Source of the DNA: Malacoraja senta
Taxonomy: Eukaryota
Reading direction: 5' to 3'
Assembly: GCA_038087875.1 (NCBI GenBank)
Contig: CM075989.1
Location: forward strand, 4,774,001 to 4,838,000
DNA length: 64,000 nt
How positions within the stretch are numbered: the stretch's first letter is position 1; each line of letters begins with the position of its first letter. The notes below the pieces were generated by a model, which made no database searches, was not told the DNA's origin, and worked only from the letters and a program-made list of their open reading frames with translations. Shown one piece after another: positions 13,680 through 25,998 of the stretch. The position numbers and the translations under genes were made by a program.

Positions 13680-13944
13680 AGGGCCTGTCCCACTTAGGCG
13701 ATTTTTAGGCAACTGCCGGCGACAGTCGTAGCGGGATGCCTAAAAACCGGCTTCTCCGGACCCACCATACAACAATGTCTACGACTTGCTACCACCTAGT
13801 CGACGTCAAGCTATGATAAGCTACGTCAACCGACGACACAATTCCTCGTGACTTGGGACGTCCACCTACGACCACACCTACGACAACCTATGACCATACA
13901 GGCGACAGGCTGTCGCTGAGAAAATCATCTGTGGGACAGGCCCT
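13680..13944. mobile_element. Non-autonomous PIF/Harbinger MITE
   Basis: TIR AGGGCCTGTCCCAC...GTGGGACAGGCCCT; TTA at 13677-79 and 13945-47. Confidence 0.85.
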
Positions 13945-14037
13945 TTACTGAGAAACATAGAAACATACAAACACAGAAAATAGATGCAGGGGTAGGTCAT
14001 TTGATCGATTGAGCCAGAATCACCATTCAATATGATC

Positions 14038-14960
14038 ATTATCAAATTTGCAGATGACACAAAGCTGGATGGCAGTGTGAACTGTGAGGATGCTATGAAA
14101 ATGCAGGGTGACTTGGACAGGTTGGATGAGTGGGCAGATGCATGGCAGATGCAGTTTAAAGTGGATCAATGTGAGGTTGTCCACTTTGATAGCAAAAACA
14201 GGAAGACAGATTATTATCTAAATGGTGTCAAGTTGGGAAAAGGGGAAGTACAACAGGATTGGGGGGTCCTTGTTCATCAGTCAATGAAAGTAAGCATGCA
14301 GGTACAGCAGGCAGTAAAGAAAGCAAATGGCATGTTGGCCTTCATAACAAGAGGAGTTGAGTATAGGAACAAAGAGGTTGTTGTGCAGTTGTACAGGGCC
14401 CTAGTGAGACCACACCTGGAGTATTGTGTGCAGTTTTCGTCTGCTAATTTGAGGAAGGACATTCTTGCTATTGAAGGAGTGCAGCATAGGTTTACAAAGT
14501 TAATTCCCAGGATGGCATGATTGTCATATGCTGAGAGAATGGAGCGGCTGGACTTGTATACACTGGAGTTTAGAAGGATGAGAGGATATCTTATTGAAAC
14601 ACATGATTATTAAGGGTTTGGACACGCTAGAAGCAGGAAACATGTTCCCGATGGTGGGGGAGTCCAGAACCAGGGGCCACAGTTTAATAATAAGGGGTAA
14701 GAGATGAGGAAACACTTTTTCACACAGAGAGTTGTGAGTCTGTAGAATTCTCTGCCTCAGAGGGCGGTGGAGGCCGGTTCTTTGGATACTTTCAAGAGAG
14801 AGCTAGATCGGTCTCTTAAAGAAAGCAGAATCAGGGGATATGGGGAGAAGGCAGGAACGGGGTACTGATTGGGGATGATCTGCCATGATCACATTGAATG
14901 GCGGAGCTGGCTCGAAGGGCCGAATGGCCTGCTCCTGCACCTATTGTCTATTGTCTATTG
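14038..14960 (+). mobile_element. CR1 LINE 3' fragment nested in an antisense CR1 3' end (13953-15050)
   Basis: KFADDTKL...RPHLEYCVQF ORF 14032-14520; (ctattgt)n tail; the flanks rejoin as a minus-strand CR1 3'UTR (gatcat|ggctgatcatcc). Confidence 0.9.
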
Positions 14961-16084
14961 GCTGATCATCCAAAATCAGTACCCCATTCCTGCTTTCTCC
15001 CCATATCCCTTGATTCCGTTAGCCCGAAGAGCCATATCTAACTCTCTCATAAATACACACTGTAACACTTCCTTCTTTTAACTCAACGCAAACTGAGAAC
15101 TCAATGTCGGTAACAAGAGTCAATGGAGTCAAGAGAGTTTACATTGTTGCATGTACTGACAACAGAACAATTACCGTACATTCTTATGTGTGGCAGCATA
15201 ACAGCCGTAAACAGCATGCACACAGAGTATATATTACTAATTAAAATGACATAAATTAATCTCCAATACGAGTGCAACCCCCCCCCCCCCCCCAGTCTTC
15301 AGTGCAACCAAAGACAGTCCATGGTTGAGATGCTTCTTCTTGCATATGGCGTACACACCCTAAAGTTGTAGGTCAACTTGTTCTATTTTTGTTTGTGCAC
15401 ATCGGGTTGATTGCAGAACAAAAAGGTTGCAATCTCCCACCCCATAGTTGAGATTAGTGTTGTGTAACGATCAAGAGCCTGATGGTTGTTGGGAAGAAGC
15501 TCTTCCTGAACATAGTGGGCAAGGTTTTCTGACTCTTATGCCTTTTTCCCGATGGCAGGAGTGAAATGAAAGCGTGGCCAGGGTGGTGTGGGTCCTTGAT
15601 AATATAGGTGCCATTTTGAGGCAGTGCCTCCTGTAGATCCCTTCAGGGTTGCGGTGGTCGGTACCTGAGGCGTTGAAGATTTGAGCGACTGAGGGAAATG
15701 CTAATCTTTAATCTGTTTGCTAAATATGGATTTTACATGTGAAACAGGAACAATGCCTGGGCGGTTTTGACTGGTTAGAATCAGTTATCAGCAATTGACA
15801 AGTGATACCAGCATTTACCTCACACCAGCCCCTACATAGCATGTTATTTATAAAGTTACACTGAAATGAAGGAATTTCCTTCAGATAAGGCATGTGACAG
15901 ATGTCAGCTATGGATGCACAAGGTTGGAGATTAAGTTTGTGATGTTATGTGAGCATGAGGGGAATGTTGGAAACAGGATAAACCGCATGGTTCTGTACCA
16001 TTACATAACCATGCCAGAACGATTACATTTTTGGAAAGCCATATCTAATAAGTGAGTTTGGTATTCCGAAAAACGCAAGGATTG

Positions 16085-17235
16085 ATTGAATACCTTTAAT
16101 AATCCTTTACAGGAAATTACAGTGCCACGACAGTTTCAAGACAGACATAACACCACACATTTCCTCAAATAGCTTCCATACTTAACAAGTTAAAATACAA
16201 GTTAAAATACAAGTTAAAATACAAGTTAAAATACAATTAATGGAAAAAAAAAGAAGAAAAAAAAAGAAGAAAAAAAAGCAGTTATTTATGCGCATTATAT
16301 AACCTTATAGCAGCTGGTAAACAGGACTTCCTATGTCTCTCAGTTTTGCACATTGGTGCAATCAGTCTCTGACTGAAGATGCTGCTCTTGATCACCTTCA
16401 GGGCATGGAGTGGGTGAGTGGGGTTGGTCATTATAGAACCCAGTTTGTTCAGAGTTCTGGCCTCTGCCACCTGCTGGACCGGTCGTTACTCAGCCCCGAC
16501 CACTGAGCCGGCCTTCCTGATCAGCTTGTCCAGTCTGTTTTTGCGGGCGCCATCTCCCCAACAGGCCACAGCGAAAAACAGAGCACTGGCCACCACTGAA
16601 TGGTAGACACTGCACAGTAGGGGTTGGCAGATATTAAATGACCTCAGCTTCCTTAAAAAATACAGTCGGCTTTGTCCCTTCCTGTACACCGCCTCCATAT
16701 GACACTTCCAGTCCAGCTCACTGTCAAGCTGCACACCAAGGTACCTGTGGTTAGCGACCACCTCCACCTCAGTGCCCTTAATGGTGATTGGTGTTGCTTG
16801 AGTCCTCCTCCTCCCCCTCCTGAAGTCCACAACTATCTCCTTGGTTTTTGTGGTGTTAAGATGGAGGTTATTGTGTGCACTCCACTCCACAAAGTTACTT
16901 ATTATGTCTCTATACTCCTCCTCATTGCCCCCTTTAATGAGGCCGACAACAGCTGTGTCATCCAAAAATTTCTGCAAAAAGCAGCTGTTGGTGTTATATT
17001 GGAGATCCGCTGTGTAGATGGTAAACAGGAATGGAGCCAGCACAGTTCCTTGTGGAGCCCCTGTGCTGCTCAAGATGGTGCTTGAGACATTGTTCTGTAG
17101 GCGCACGTACTGTGGTCTGAGGGAAAGGTAATCCAAACACCACAGTACCAGTGATGGATCCACTTTCATCTTCTCCATCTTCTCCCCTAGCAGTCGGGGC
17201 TGAAATGTGTTGAAGGCGCTTGAGAAGTCTTTGTG
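16085..17235 (-). mobile_element. Rex/Babar LINE, 5'-truncated RT
   Basis: ORF 16486-17244: DFSSAFNT, TGAPQGTVLAPFLF, QKFLDDTAVVG, RLYFLRKLRSF. Confidence 0.9.
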
Positions 17236-17344
17236 ATTTGTCAAAGGTCAAACACTGTAAATAAAAATCACACAAAGCGCTGTAGATTCAGTGAGTATCG
17301 TTTGGGTCCGATTTTTTGTCTTTTTTTAAGTTTGTATTTGTCGG

Positions 17345-17747
17345 GGCAGATAGAGTGGGCAGATACGGGGGGGGGGGGAGATTGGACCGGCTCTCAGCAG
17401 CTGCACGCACATAGAACCGCGCCTCATCCGCAGCCAGGAACGAACCCGTGTTCCTGGCGCCGCAAGCGCTGCCGAACAGCCACTGGACCATTCCTGGTTC
17501 CCCGCCCCCCGCTCGAGTGTCCCATCCCCGCCCCGGCCCACAGCCAGCGCGGAGAACCCACAGGCCCACAGGCCCACAGCCAGCGCGGAGAAGCGGCAAC
17601 TCCAGCCCAACTCTGCTCCAACTGCAGAGGAACACGCTCCCCGATGGGCTGCTACGGCGACAAGTGCCAGTTCGCCCACGGCCTGGCCGAGCAGCGCTCC
17701 CTCAGCAGCCAACCCAAGTACAAGCCACTTGCATACCACCGGCCTCT
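17345..17747 (+). pseudogene. ZFP36/TIS11-family (tandem CCCH zinc finger) pseudogene, 5' half
   Basis: GCYGDKCQFAHGLAEQRSLSSQPKYK then LHTTGL: finger 1 end, linker and finger 2 start, with deletions and frameshifts. Confidence 0.85.
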
Positions 17748-20700
17748 AATAATAATAATAATGCATTTTATTTGCTGGCGCCTTTCTGGACACCCAAGGA
17801 CACCTTACAGGGCATAAAATCACAATATATTTATCAATATTAAATCTAGTTGATTAAAAACAAAAACAAAAAAAACAGAAAATACACAAAATATTTTAAG
17901 TCATTAAAATCAGGGTGAATATGGTGAAAGTTATGTCGGGTATGCTAATCTAAACAGGTGTGTTTTGAGTTGTGATTTGAATTGATCGATAGTGTCCAGG
18001 TGACGGATGGGAGGTGGGAGAGTGTTCCAGAGACGTGGGGCAGAGCAGCTGAAGGCTCTGGCACCCATGGTGCTGAGTCTAAATGTGGGGACAGTTAAAA
18101 TTGAGGAGGAACGAAGTGACTGGGAAGGAGTGTATGGTAGCAGCAGGTCAGAGAGGTATTGGGGAGCAAGGTGGTGTAGGGCTTTGAAGGTCAGCAGTAA
18201 AATCTTGTAGTTAATCCGGTGGTGCACAGGGAACCAGTGGAGCTGAGTGAGGATGGGTGTGATGTGGTCCGATGATCTGGTGCGGGTGATGATCCGGGCT
18301 GCAGAGTTCTGAATGCATTGGAGGTGATGAAGAAGTTTATTGGTGGTGCAAGTGAGGAGGGCGTTGCAGTAATCGATGCGGGATGTGACCAGAGCGTGGA
18401 TGAGGACTTTTGTATTGTCTTTGGAGAGGGAGGGGGCGGAGTCTGGAGATGTTGCGGAGATGAAAGTATGCAGAGCGTGTGATATTGCTGATGTGGGGGC
18501 CAAAGGAAAGTGTACTGTCCAGAATGACGCCGAGACTTTTGACATGGGAGGAGGTGGGTGTGGGTGAGCCATCAACTGAAATGGTGAACGGGTGGGTTTT
18601 GGAGAGTGTGGACTTTGAGCCAATTAGCATGATTTCTGTTTTATTTCCATTGAGTTTTAGAAGGTTGAGTGACATCCAGTTGCTGATAGCTTGAAGACAG
18701 GTGGTGAGGGCAGTTGGGGGAAGGGAGGTGTTTGGTTTTGTGGAGAGGTAAAGTTGTGTATCATCGGCGTAGCAGTGAAAATTGATTCCAAAATGACGGA
18801 GAATATTGCCAAGAGGTTGAATATAGATGATAAAAAGCAGTGGCCCCAGCACCGATCCCTGAGGAACACCATGGGTGACTGTGGCAGTTGTGGATGTGAC
18901 TTTATTTCCCTGGATGAACTGTTTTCTGTCGTGTAGATAGGACCTGAACCAAAGTAGTGCATTGTTGTTGATGCCGGTGGCAGATAGACGTTCCAGAAGA
19001 ATTGGATGGGAGATGGTGTCAAAGGCTGCTGTGAGGTCGAGGAGGATTAGGATGGATAAGTGGCCGGTGTCAGCTGCGAGAAGGAGATCATTTGTAATTT
19101 TTACCAAGGCTGTTTCAGTGCTGTGATTGTGGCGAAAACCGGACTGAAATGGTTCATAGAGGTTATTGTTTTGAAGGTGGACTTGAAGTTGTGTCGCTAC
19201 TGTCCTTTCCATAAGTTTAGTGATGAATGGGAGGTTGGAGATGGGGCGGTAGTTGTTTGGATTGTTTGGATCAGAACCTGTTTTTTTTAGAATCGGGGTG
19301 ACAGAAGCTGTTTTGAGAGATGTAGGGACAGTAGCAGTTAATAGGGAGGAGTTAATTATGGACGTTATGATGGGTGAGATAGAGGGCAGACAGGATTTAA
19401 CCAGGACAGTAGGGATGGGATCAAGCAAGCAGGAGGAGTTCTTGGACTTGGTGATGAGTTTAGTTATTTCTTCGACTGTTGGAAGCTGGAAAGTAGATAG
19501 GGTGGAGAGTGGGGAGTCCAGTGTGGAAGTCCAGGGTGGGCTGTTGTGAGCAGAAGCTGAGAAAGAGTTCAATTGGTGATGAATGCTGGTGATTTTGGTA
19601 CTGAAGTAGTCCAAAAACGTATTACACTGAGCAGTGGAGGTGAGGTGATTCGAGGTTTCAGGAGGCTTAAGTAGTTTGTTGACAGTGGAGAATAAAGTCC
19701 GTGTGTTATTTTCACTGTTGTTGATGATGTTGGAGTAGTAGGAGGATTTACCAGCAGTCAGGGGCATTTTTATATGAGAGAAGATGATCTGTATGCATTT
19801 GGTGGTGAATAGTTAGTCCAGTTTTCTTTGTAAGTGTCTCCAGATGCCGGCCCACCATTTTCATATGGCGGACTTCAGGAGTGTACCACGGAGATGATCT
19901 GCTAAAAGAGACTGTACGGGTTTTCAGAGGAGCCAAGGAGTTTAATGAGTGGGATAAACAGTCATTGTAGTGATCAACCAGGTTAGCAATGCAGAGTGGG
20001 GGGGAAGTAGGATGAAGAGAGTTACTGATTAGTCTGTTGAGCTCCACTTGATTCATGTTTTTCAGATTACGGAAGGATATGGTGTGCTTCAGATTGCGTT
20101 TAGGGAGTGGCAGATTAATATCAAAAAGAACAGTTTTATGGTCTGAAATGGGAAGCTCTGTAAATTTAAGATTGTATGGTGTCACTCCAGAGCAACAGAC
20201 TCAATCTAAAATATGGCCTTTATTATGGGTTGGGAAATCGATGTACTGAGTGAGGCCAAAACTATCCAGAACAGAAATAAAATCTTTAGTAAAGGTGTCA
20301 GTATGTTTATCTAAATGAATATTGAAATCACCCATTAAAATGACATTGGGGGACATGGCACATAGGTCAGATAAAATAGCAGTGAGTTCACTAATAAAAA
20401 CTTTAGAAGGCTTTGGAGGACGATAGATAGACACTATGAGGGTGGGTGTACACCCATGTAGTTGAGCAGTCAGGATTTCAAACGAGGATGGCTCTGTGAC
20501 TGAGACTGACGAGATCTTAAGATTCTCGCGATAGAGCAGTGCAAGACCCCCTCCTCTCCCGGAAGCGCGGGGTTTGCAGATGTAAACAAACTCAGGAGGT
20601 ATGGCTTGGTTGAGGCGGAGGTAATCATCAGGCTGTTGCCAAGTCTCAGTAAGACACAGAAAGTCAAGTTTTGAATCCGAAATGAAGTCCGAGATGAGAG

Positions 20701-21118
20701 GGGCTTTATTGGAGAGAGATCTGACGTTGAAGAGTGCAAATTTGGATCCATTTGAGGGAACGGCGGGGTCAGCTAGCAGAGGAGCTAACACACTGTGGTC
20801 AGCATCTCGACCCGTGTTGTATGGTTTCCGAGGACCTGTGGACCAAAAGGAGCTGATGGAGTTGGAGTTATTGTTGGAGAAGTTCCTGCGGGATCCACGG
20901 TGAATGTATCTTGGTCGACGGAGAATGTCTCGATGGCTGAGGAGGCAGGAAGGAAGCCCGGAGTGGAATCGACGCTGATGGAGTTTGGTCGAACAGTAAT
21001 AGTGCACACAGTTAGTAAGCTGTGTAAAATTAGCTAACAGACAAAACAAAACAAAACAAACAAAAAGTCCGGTGAGCAGCGGCAGCCAGCTGCGCCAGCG
21101 TTCACTCGACCGGAACCG
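17748..21118 (-). mobile_element. Apparently full-length single-ORF L2 LINE (APE endonuclease + RT), few frameshifts
   Basis: ORFs 20201-21049 (NVRSL, LTETW, IYRPP, GDFNIH), 19748-20185 (SDH), 18337-19767 (RT, YADD), 17931-18623; (att)n 3' tail near 17748-17762. Confidence 0.93.
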
Positions 21119-21514
21119 GCCCCTACGGTACCCGCTGCCACTTCATCCACAACCCCGAGGAGGAGCAATGACCCCAGACTCACCTGCGCCAGAGCGCCAG
21201 CCTGGGCTCAACCTCTTCCGGCCCGGCGCTCAACTGTGCCGCGCTGCGGGCGGCCTTCAGCCCCGACCTGGAGTTGGAGCTGGCCCGGACTCTGGGCTTG
21301 GGGCTGGGCAAGGGAGGGGGGAGGAGGTTGCTGCTTCCGCCAGCACCACCAACAGCACCAGCAGCTCCAGCGGGCGCCCAGCCTGCCCATGGCCAGCAGG
21401 AGCCCGTCCGCAGACACCGACCAGGACGACTCCAGCAGCAGCGGCTCCGAGTCGCCCGTCTTCGAGCAGGGCCGGCGGCTGCCCATCTTCAGCAGGATCT
21501 CGGTGTCGGACTGA
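21119..21514 (+). pseudogene. ZFP36/TIS11-family pseudogene, 3' half
   Basis: CCC TAC GGT ACC CGC TGC CAC TTC ATC CAC AAC = PYGTRCHFIHN (finger 2 end); C-terminal SESPVFEQGRRLPIFSRISVSD* matches the family CNOT1-binding motif. Confidence 0.88.
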
Positions 21515-21924
21515 GGGGACGGGGTGGAGGTGGAGGGCTGCCGGGACCAACCCGGCGCGACAGGCAGAGCCGAGCAGGAGCCAGCGGCTGCAAGTCCGGG
21601 GCCGCCCCGCCAGCCCAAGGCCACCCCGGACAGGGACGGGAAACCGGGGAGGGGACGGGGTGGGCCCACAGCAACTCAACAGCACCCGCAGCGACGGAGA
21701 GCCGGGCCCGACCCCGACCCCGGACGAAATGCAAGCCTGCACACAATGCAGCACCACTGTTGCCGAGACTGTTTTTCGCTAGTGACCTATGACCTGGGCA
21801 TGCGCAGTCGGAATACCGAACTCGCTTATTCACCCAGGGATTTAAAGAGAACAACGTTTTTTATTGTTAGATGATCCATTCTCTTTGGGAGAAATTAGTC
21901 TAGATGCTCACAATGCTCCTGAGT

Positions 21925-22240
21925 ACTTTAGTTTAGTTTAGTTTAGGGATAGAGCGCAGAAACAGGCCATTCGTCCCACCGACTCCGGGCCAAACAGCGA
22001 TCCCCGCACATTAACACTACCCTACACACACTTGGAACAGTTTACACTTACACCAAGCCAATCAACCTACAAACCTGTACATCTTTGGAGAGTGGGAGGA
22101 AATCGAAAACCCAAGGGGAGAACATATAAACTCCGCACGGACAGCACCCGTAGTCGGGATCGAACCCGCGACTCTGGCGCTGCAAGCACTGTAAAGCAGC
22201 AACACTACAGCTGTGCCACTGTGCAATTGTGCCACCATGA
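21925..22240 (-). mobile_element. HE1-like V-SINE
   Basis: (tttag)n tail, CR1-like tail segment, tRNA-like head on the minus strand. Confidence 0.8.
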
Positions 22241-22672
22241 CATTTTTCTGAACATAATGCTTGGGAACTTCAAGAAGGCACCCACCCTTCTGAAGGGCGA
22301 GGAAGAAATATTTGGGAAGACATTGGTGGCGCAGTGATGTAGTGGGTAGAGCTACTGCCTCACAGAGCCCCAGGCTCAATCCTGACCTCAGGTGCTAGTC
22401 TGTGTGGAGCTTATACGTTCTCCCTGTGACTGCTCCGGTTTCCACCCACATCACAAAGACGTGCAGGGTTATAGGTCGTAGAAGGGTTTCGACCCGAAAC
22501 GTCGCCTATTCCTCTTCTCCAGAGATGCTGCCTGACCCACTGGGTTACTCCAGCTTTCTGTGTCTGCAGTTCCTCCCTTCACAGGGCTTATAGGTTAATG
22601 GGTCTCTTAAATTGCCCCTAGTGTGCAGGGAGTGGGTGAGAAAGTGGGTTAATGTAGAGCTAAAGTGAACGG

Positions 22673-23905
22673 GCATTCTGTGCTCGCTTTGAGCTGAAGG
22701 GCCACCGAGTGCTGACATCCGTCCCGACACACTGAGGGCTCACCCTCAGTGTGCCTGTTCCCAGGGTCACTGTTGCAGAAGTAGGATCGGCCTTCCTGAT
22801 GGTGAGCCCACAGAAAGCAGTAGGCCCAGACGGGGTCTCTGACCAACCAACGGGAGCATTCACGGACATCTTTGACCTGCATTCTGAGGTACCTTTCAAT
22901 TTCGGCTTCAGGAAGAGCACTGTCATCCCGGTGCTAAAGAAATGCAAGATTCATGCCATAATGACCACCATCCAGTGGCCTTGACATCCACCATCATGAA
23001 CTGCTTCAAGAGGCTGGTCATGGCACACATTAACTCCAGCCTACCAAGCAGCCTTGATCCAATGCAGTTCACCTACCACCACAGTAGGCCCATGGCCAAT
23101 GGTTCTCAATCTCCTTTCTGTACTCCTTCTCATCATTATTTGACATCTGGCCCACTGTGGTGGTGTCACTTGCAAACTTGCAGACTGAGTTGGATTGGTA
23201 TTGGGGGCATGATCATGAGTACATAAGGAATATAGAAGGGGGCTGAGATTGCATCCTTGCAAGCACCAGTGTTTTGCATTATCATGGAGGATGCTTTGTC
23301 ACCTATCATCACTAATTGTAGTCTGTGGGTCAGGAAGTCAAGGATCCAGCTGCAATACTGACTGCAAGTTCCACAAATTTGGGGATGAGCTTGGTTGGGA
23401 TAATGGTATTGAAAGCAGAGCAAAAGTTGATGAATATGAGTCTAACGTAGATGTCCTTCTTATCCAGGTGTTCCAGGGAAGAGTGCAGGGCCCGGGAGAT
23501 GGCATTGGTCATGGACCTACTGTGGTGGTAGGTGAATTGCATTGGAACAAGGCTGCTTGGTAGGCTGGAGTTAATGTGTGCCATGACCAGCCTCTTGAAG
23601 CAGTTCATGATGGTGGATGTCAAGGCCACTGGATGGTGGTCATTATGGCATGAATCTTGCATTTCTTTGGCATGATAGTGGTCTTCCTGAAGCAGAAAAG
23701 GGTACCTCAGAATGCAGGTCAAAGATGTCCGTGAATGCTCCCGTTAGTTGGTCAGAGACCCCGTCTGGGCCTACTGCTTTCTGTGGGCTCACCCTCAGGA
23801 AGGCCGATCTTACTTCTGTAAGTGACCCTGGGAACAGGCACACTCGAGTGTGTCGGGATGGATGTCATCACTCAGTTGGCCTGCTCAATGCGAGCATAGA
23901 ATGCA
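22673..23905. mobile_element. Rex/Babar RT fragment arranged as a fold-back (arms ~22673-23100 and ~23503-23905)
   Basis: [28 protein letters not shown] is encoded on both strands (ORFs 22942+ and 23330-). Confidence 0.85.
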
Positions 23906-24279
23906 TTAAGTTCATCAAGCAGGGTCGCACTGTGACCAGTGATGCTGCCTTACTTCACTTTGTAGCCCGTTGTAGTATTCAGGCCTTACCACAGTTGATG
24001 GGTGTCTGAGTGGTTACTTTGAGACTCACGTTTGTCCCGTTATTGTCTTTTTTTGTTCTACAGAAAGTTAGGTTTCCGTTTATTTACAATAAAGCCATCT
24101 TCTATTGACAAAGACTCTACACGGGATATCTCTGCGATGTGTCCAATGACACATTAGGAAACTTAAAGGATCTATATATAATTTCTTGGCCGCTCTTCAA
24201 GACCTGAAGGGCAAAGACAATGTATCTTTGCACACATCTAGGCTCTGTGGCAGTGGAATGTGACCAGACCTGTTTCCTC

Positions 24280-24718
24280 TTAGACAATAGACAATAGGTG
24301 CAGGAGTAGGCCATTCGGCCCTTCGAACCAGCACCATCATTCAATGTGATCATGGATGATCATCCACAATCAGTACCCCGTTCCTGCCTTCTCTCCATAT
24401 CCCTTGACTCCGCTATCTTTAAGTGCTCTGTCTAGCTCACTTTTGAAAGCATCCAGAGAACCAGCCTCCACCGTCCTCTGACAGAGAATTCCACAGACTC
24501 ACAAATGTCTGTGTGAAAAAGTTTTTCCTCATCTCCGTTCTAAATGGCTTACTCCTTATTCTTAAACGGTGGCCCCTGGTTCTGGACTCCCCCAACATCG
24601 GGAACATGTTTCCTGCCTCTAGCGTGTCCAAACCCTTATATGTCTCAATGAGATACCCTCTCATCCTTCTAAACTCCAGGGTACACAAGCCCAGCCGCTC
24701 CATTCTATCAACATATGA
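24280..24718 (-). mobile_element. CR1 LINE 3' fragment
   Basis: RRMRGYLIETYK...RTRGH motif; (acaatag)n tail. Confidence 0.88.
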
Positions 24719-24876
24719 TGCCGCTTTGCCCGTAGAATGTTGCTTTGCCCAGAGCGACGACGGCCCTGCTCGCCCCGTGTCCTCGCAGTATCTTCGTCCA
24801 ACCTGTCCGCGGACACCCCTCTGCTCACCAACCCGTGCCGCAGGGCATCCTGGGCAGAGAAAGGCTCCCCTGTAAA
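24719..24876 (-). pseudogene. ECHDC3: Short inverted ECHDC3-like fragment
   Basis: Reverse complement encodes FTGEPFSAQDALRHGLVSRGVSADRLDED...GASRAVVALGKATFY, paralogous to 26480-26640. Confidence 0.8.
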
Positions 24877-25998
24877 CTCACGCAGTCACAGGGAGAACGT
24901 ACAAACACTGTACAGACAGCACCCATAGTCTGGATCGAACCCAGGTCTCTGGCGCTTTAAGGCAGTAACTTTACAGTTGTTCTACTGTGCCACCCCAGTA
25001 CCTTTGTGCTAAATGTTGTACACTTTAGCCTTTATCTTTGAATTGTGGACAGCTTGATTGTATTCATGTCTAGTCTTTTTCTTGACTTGTTTGCACGCAA
25101 ACAAAAGCTTTCCACTGTATCTTGGTGGACGTAACAATATTAAACTAAACTAAACTAAAGCTTCATGGGGAACTGCAGATGCTGGAAAATCGAAGGTAGA
25201 CAAAATCTGCAGTTCCTTCTTAAACACTTTGTCTACTCCACTGCGAAATCTCCTCAAGGTATGCCTACTTTGAAGAAGTTCTCCTCCCTCCGGAGACAGT
25301 TTCACAACCTCCTCCATGGCCAGAGTGAGCACCACCGGAAATTGGAGGAACAGCACCTCATATTCCGCTTGCGCAGTCTGCACCCTAGTGGCATAAACAT
25401 TGAATTCTCCCATTACCGGCAGCTTTCCCTCAGCCCTTGGGCTCCTCCTCTTCCTTTTTTCTTTCTTCTCCCCCCCCCCTCCGCCCCCCCACCCCTTTGG
25501 GAACAAAGCGCTATCAGCCGCAGACTGCCGAGTAAAGCAATTCACAGTGCTACAGACTTGGTGCACAAATCAATACACACAGCGCTACAGACTTGGCGCA
25601 TAAATGTAATATACACGGCGCTGCCTGTTTGGCACGCAAAGGTTTAAACAGAGCGCTGTCGGCTTAACGCATGGGAATTTAAACAAAGAGCTGTCGGCTG
25701 CAGCGCTATGCGGTTTAAATATAGCGCTATGGCCACAGCGCTCTGGGTCACAGACTCTTCGGGTAATTTCTCGTATATACACAAGGCCCTGTCTTACAGC
25801 CTCTCAAATGTGGGTATTTGGTTTAAGGGGAAAACATGTGCCATTGATTCAATGTAAGGGAAAGTATAAATATAAAATTTTCTGAATGTATAGAATTTAA
25901 AGAAAGGGAGATATAAGTCTTTATGAACCGGCATCACATATTGCACCAGTTTAGCTAATTAAGTAAATCTTGCTACAATCTACACAAAGCCATCCGCA

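Noticed and set aside
17738..21125. accggcctcta / accggccccta as an 11-bp L2 TSD
   Set aside because: The zinc-finger frame rejoins perfectly without a duplication, so the similarity is more likely microhomology.
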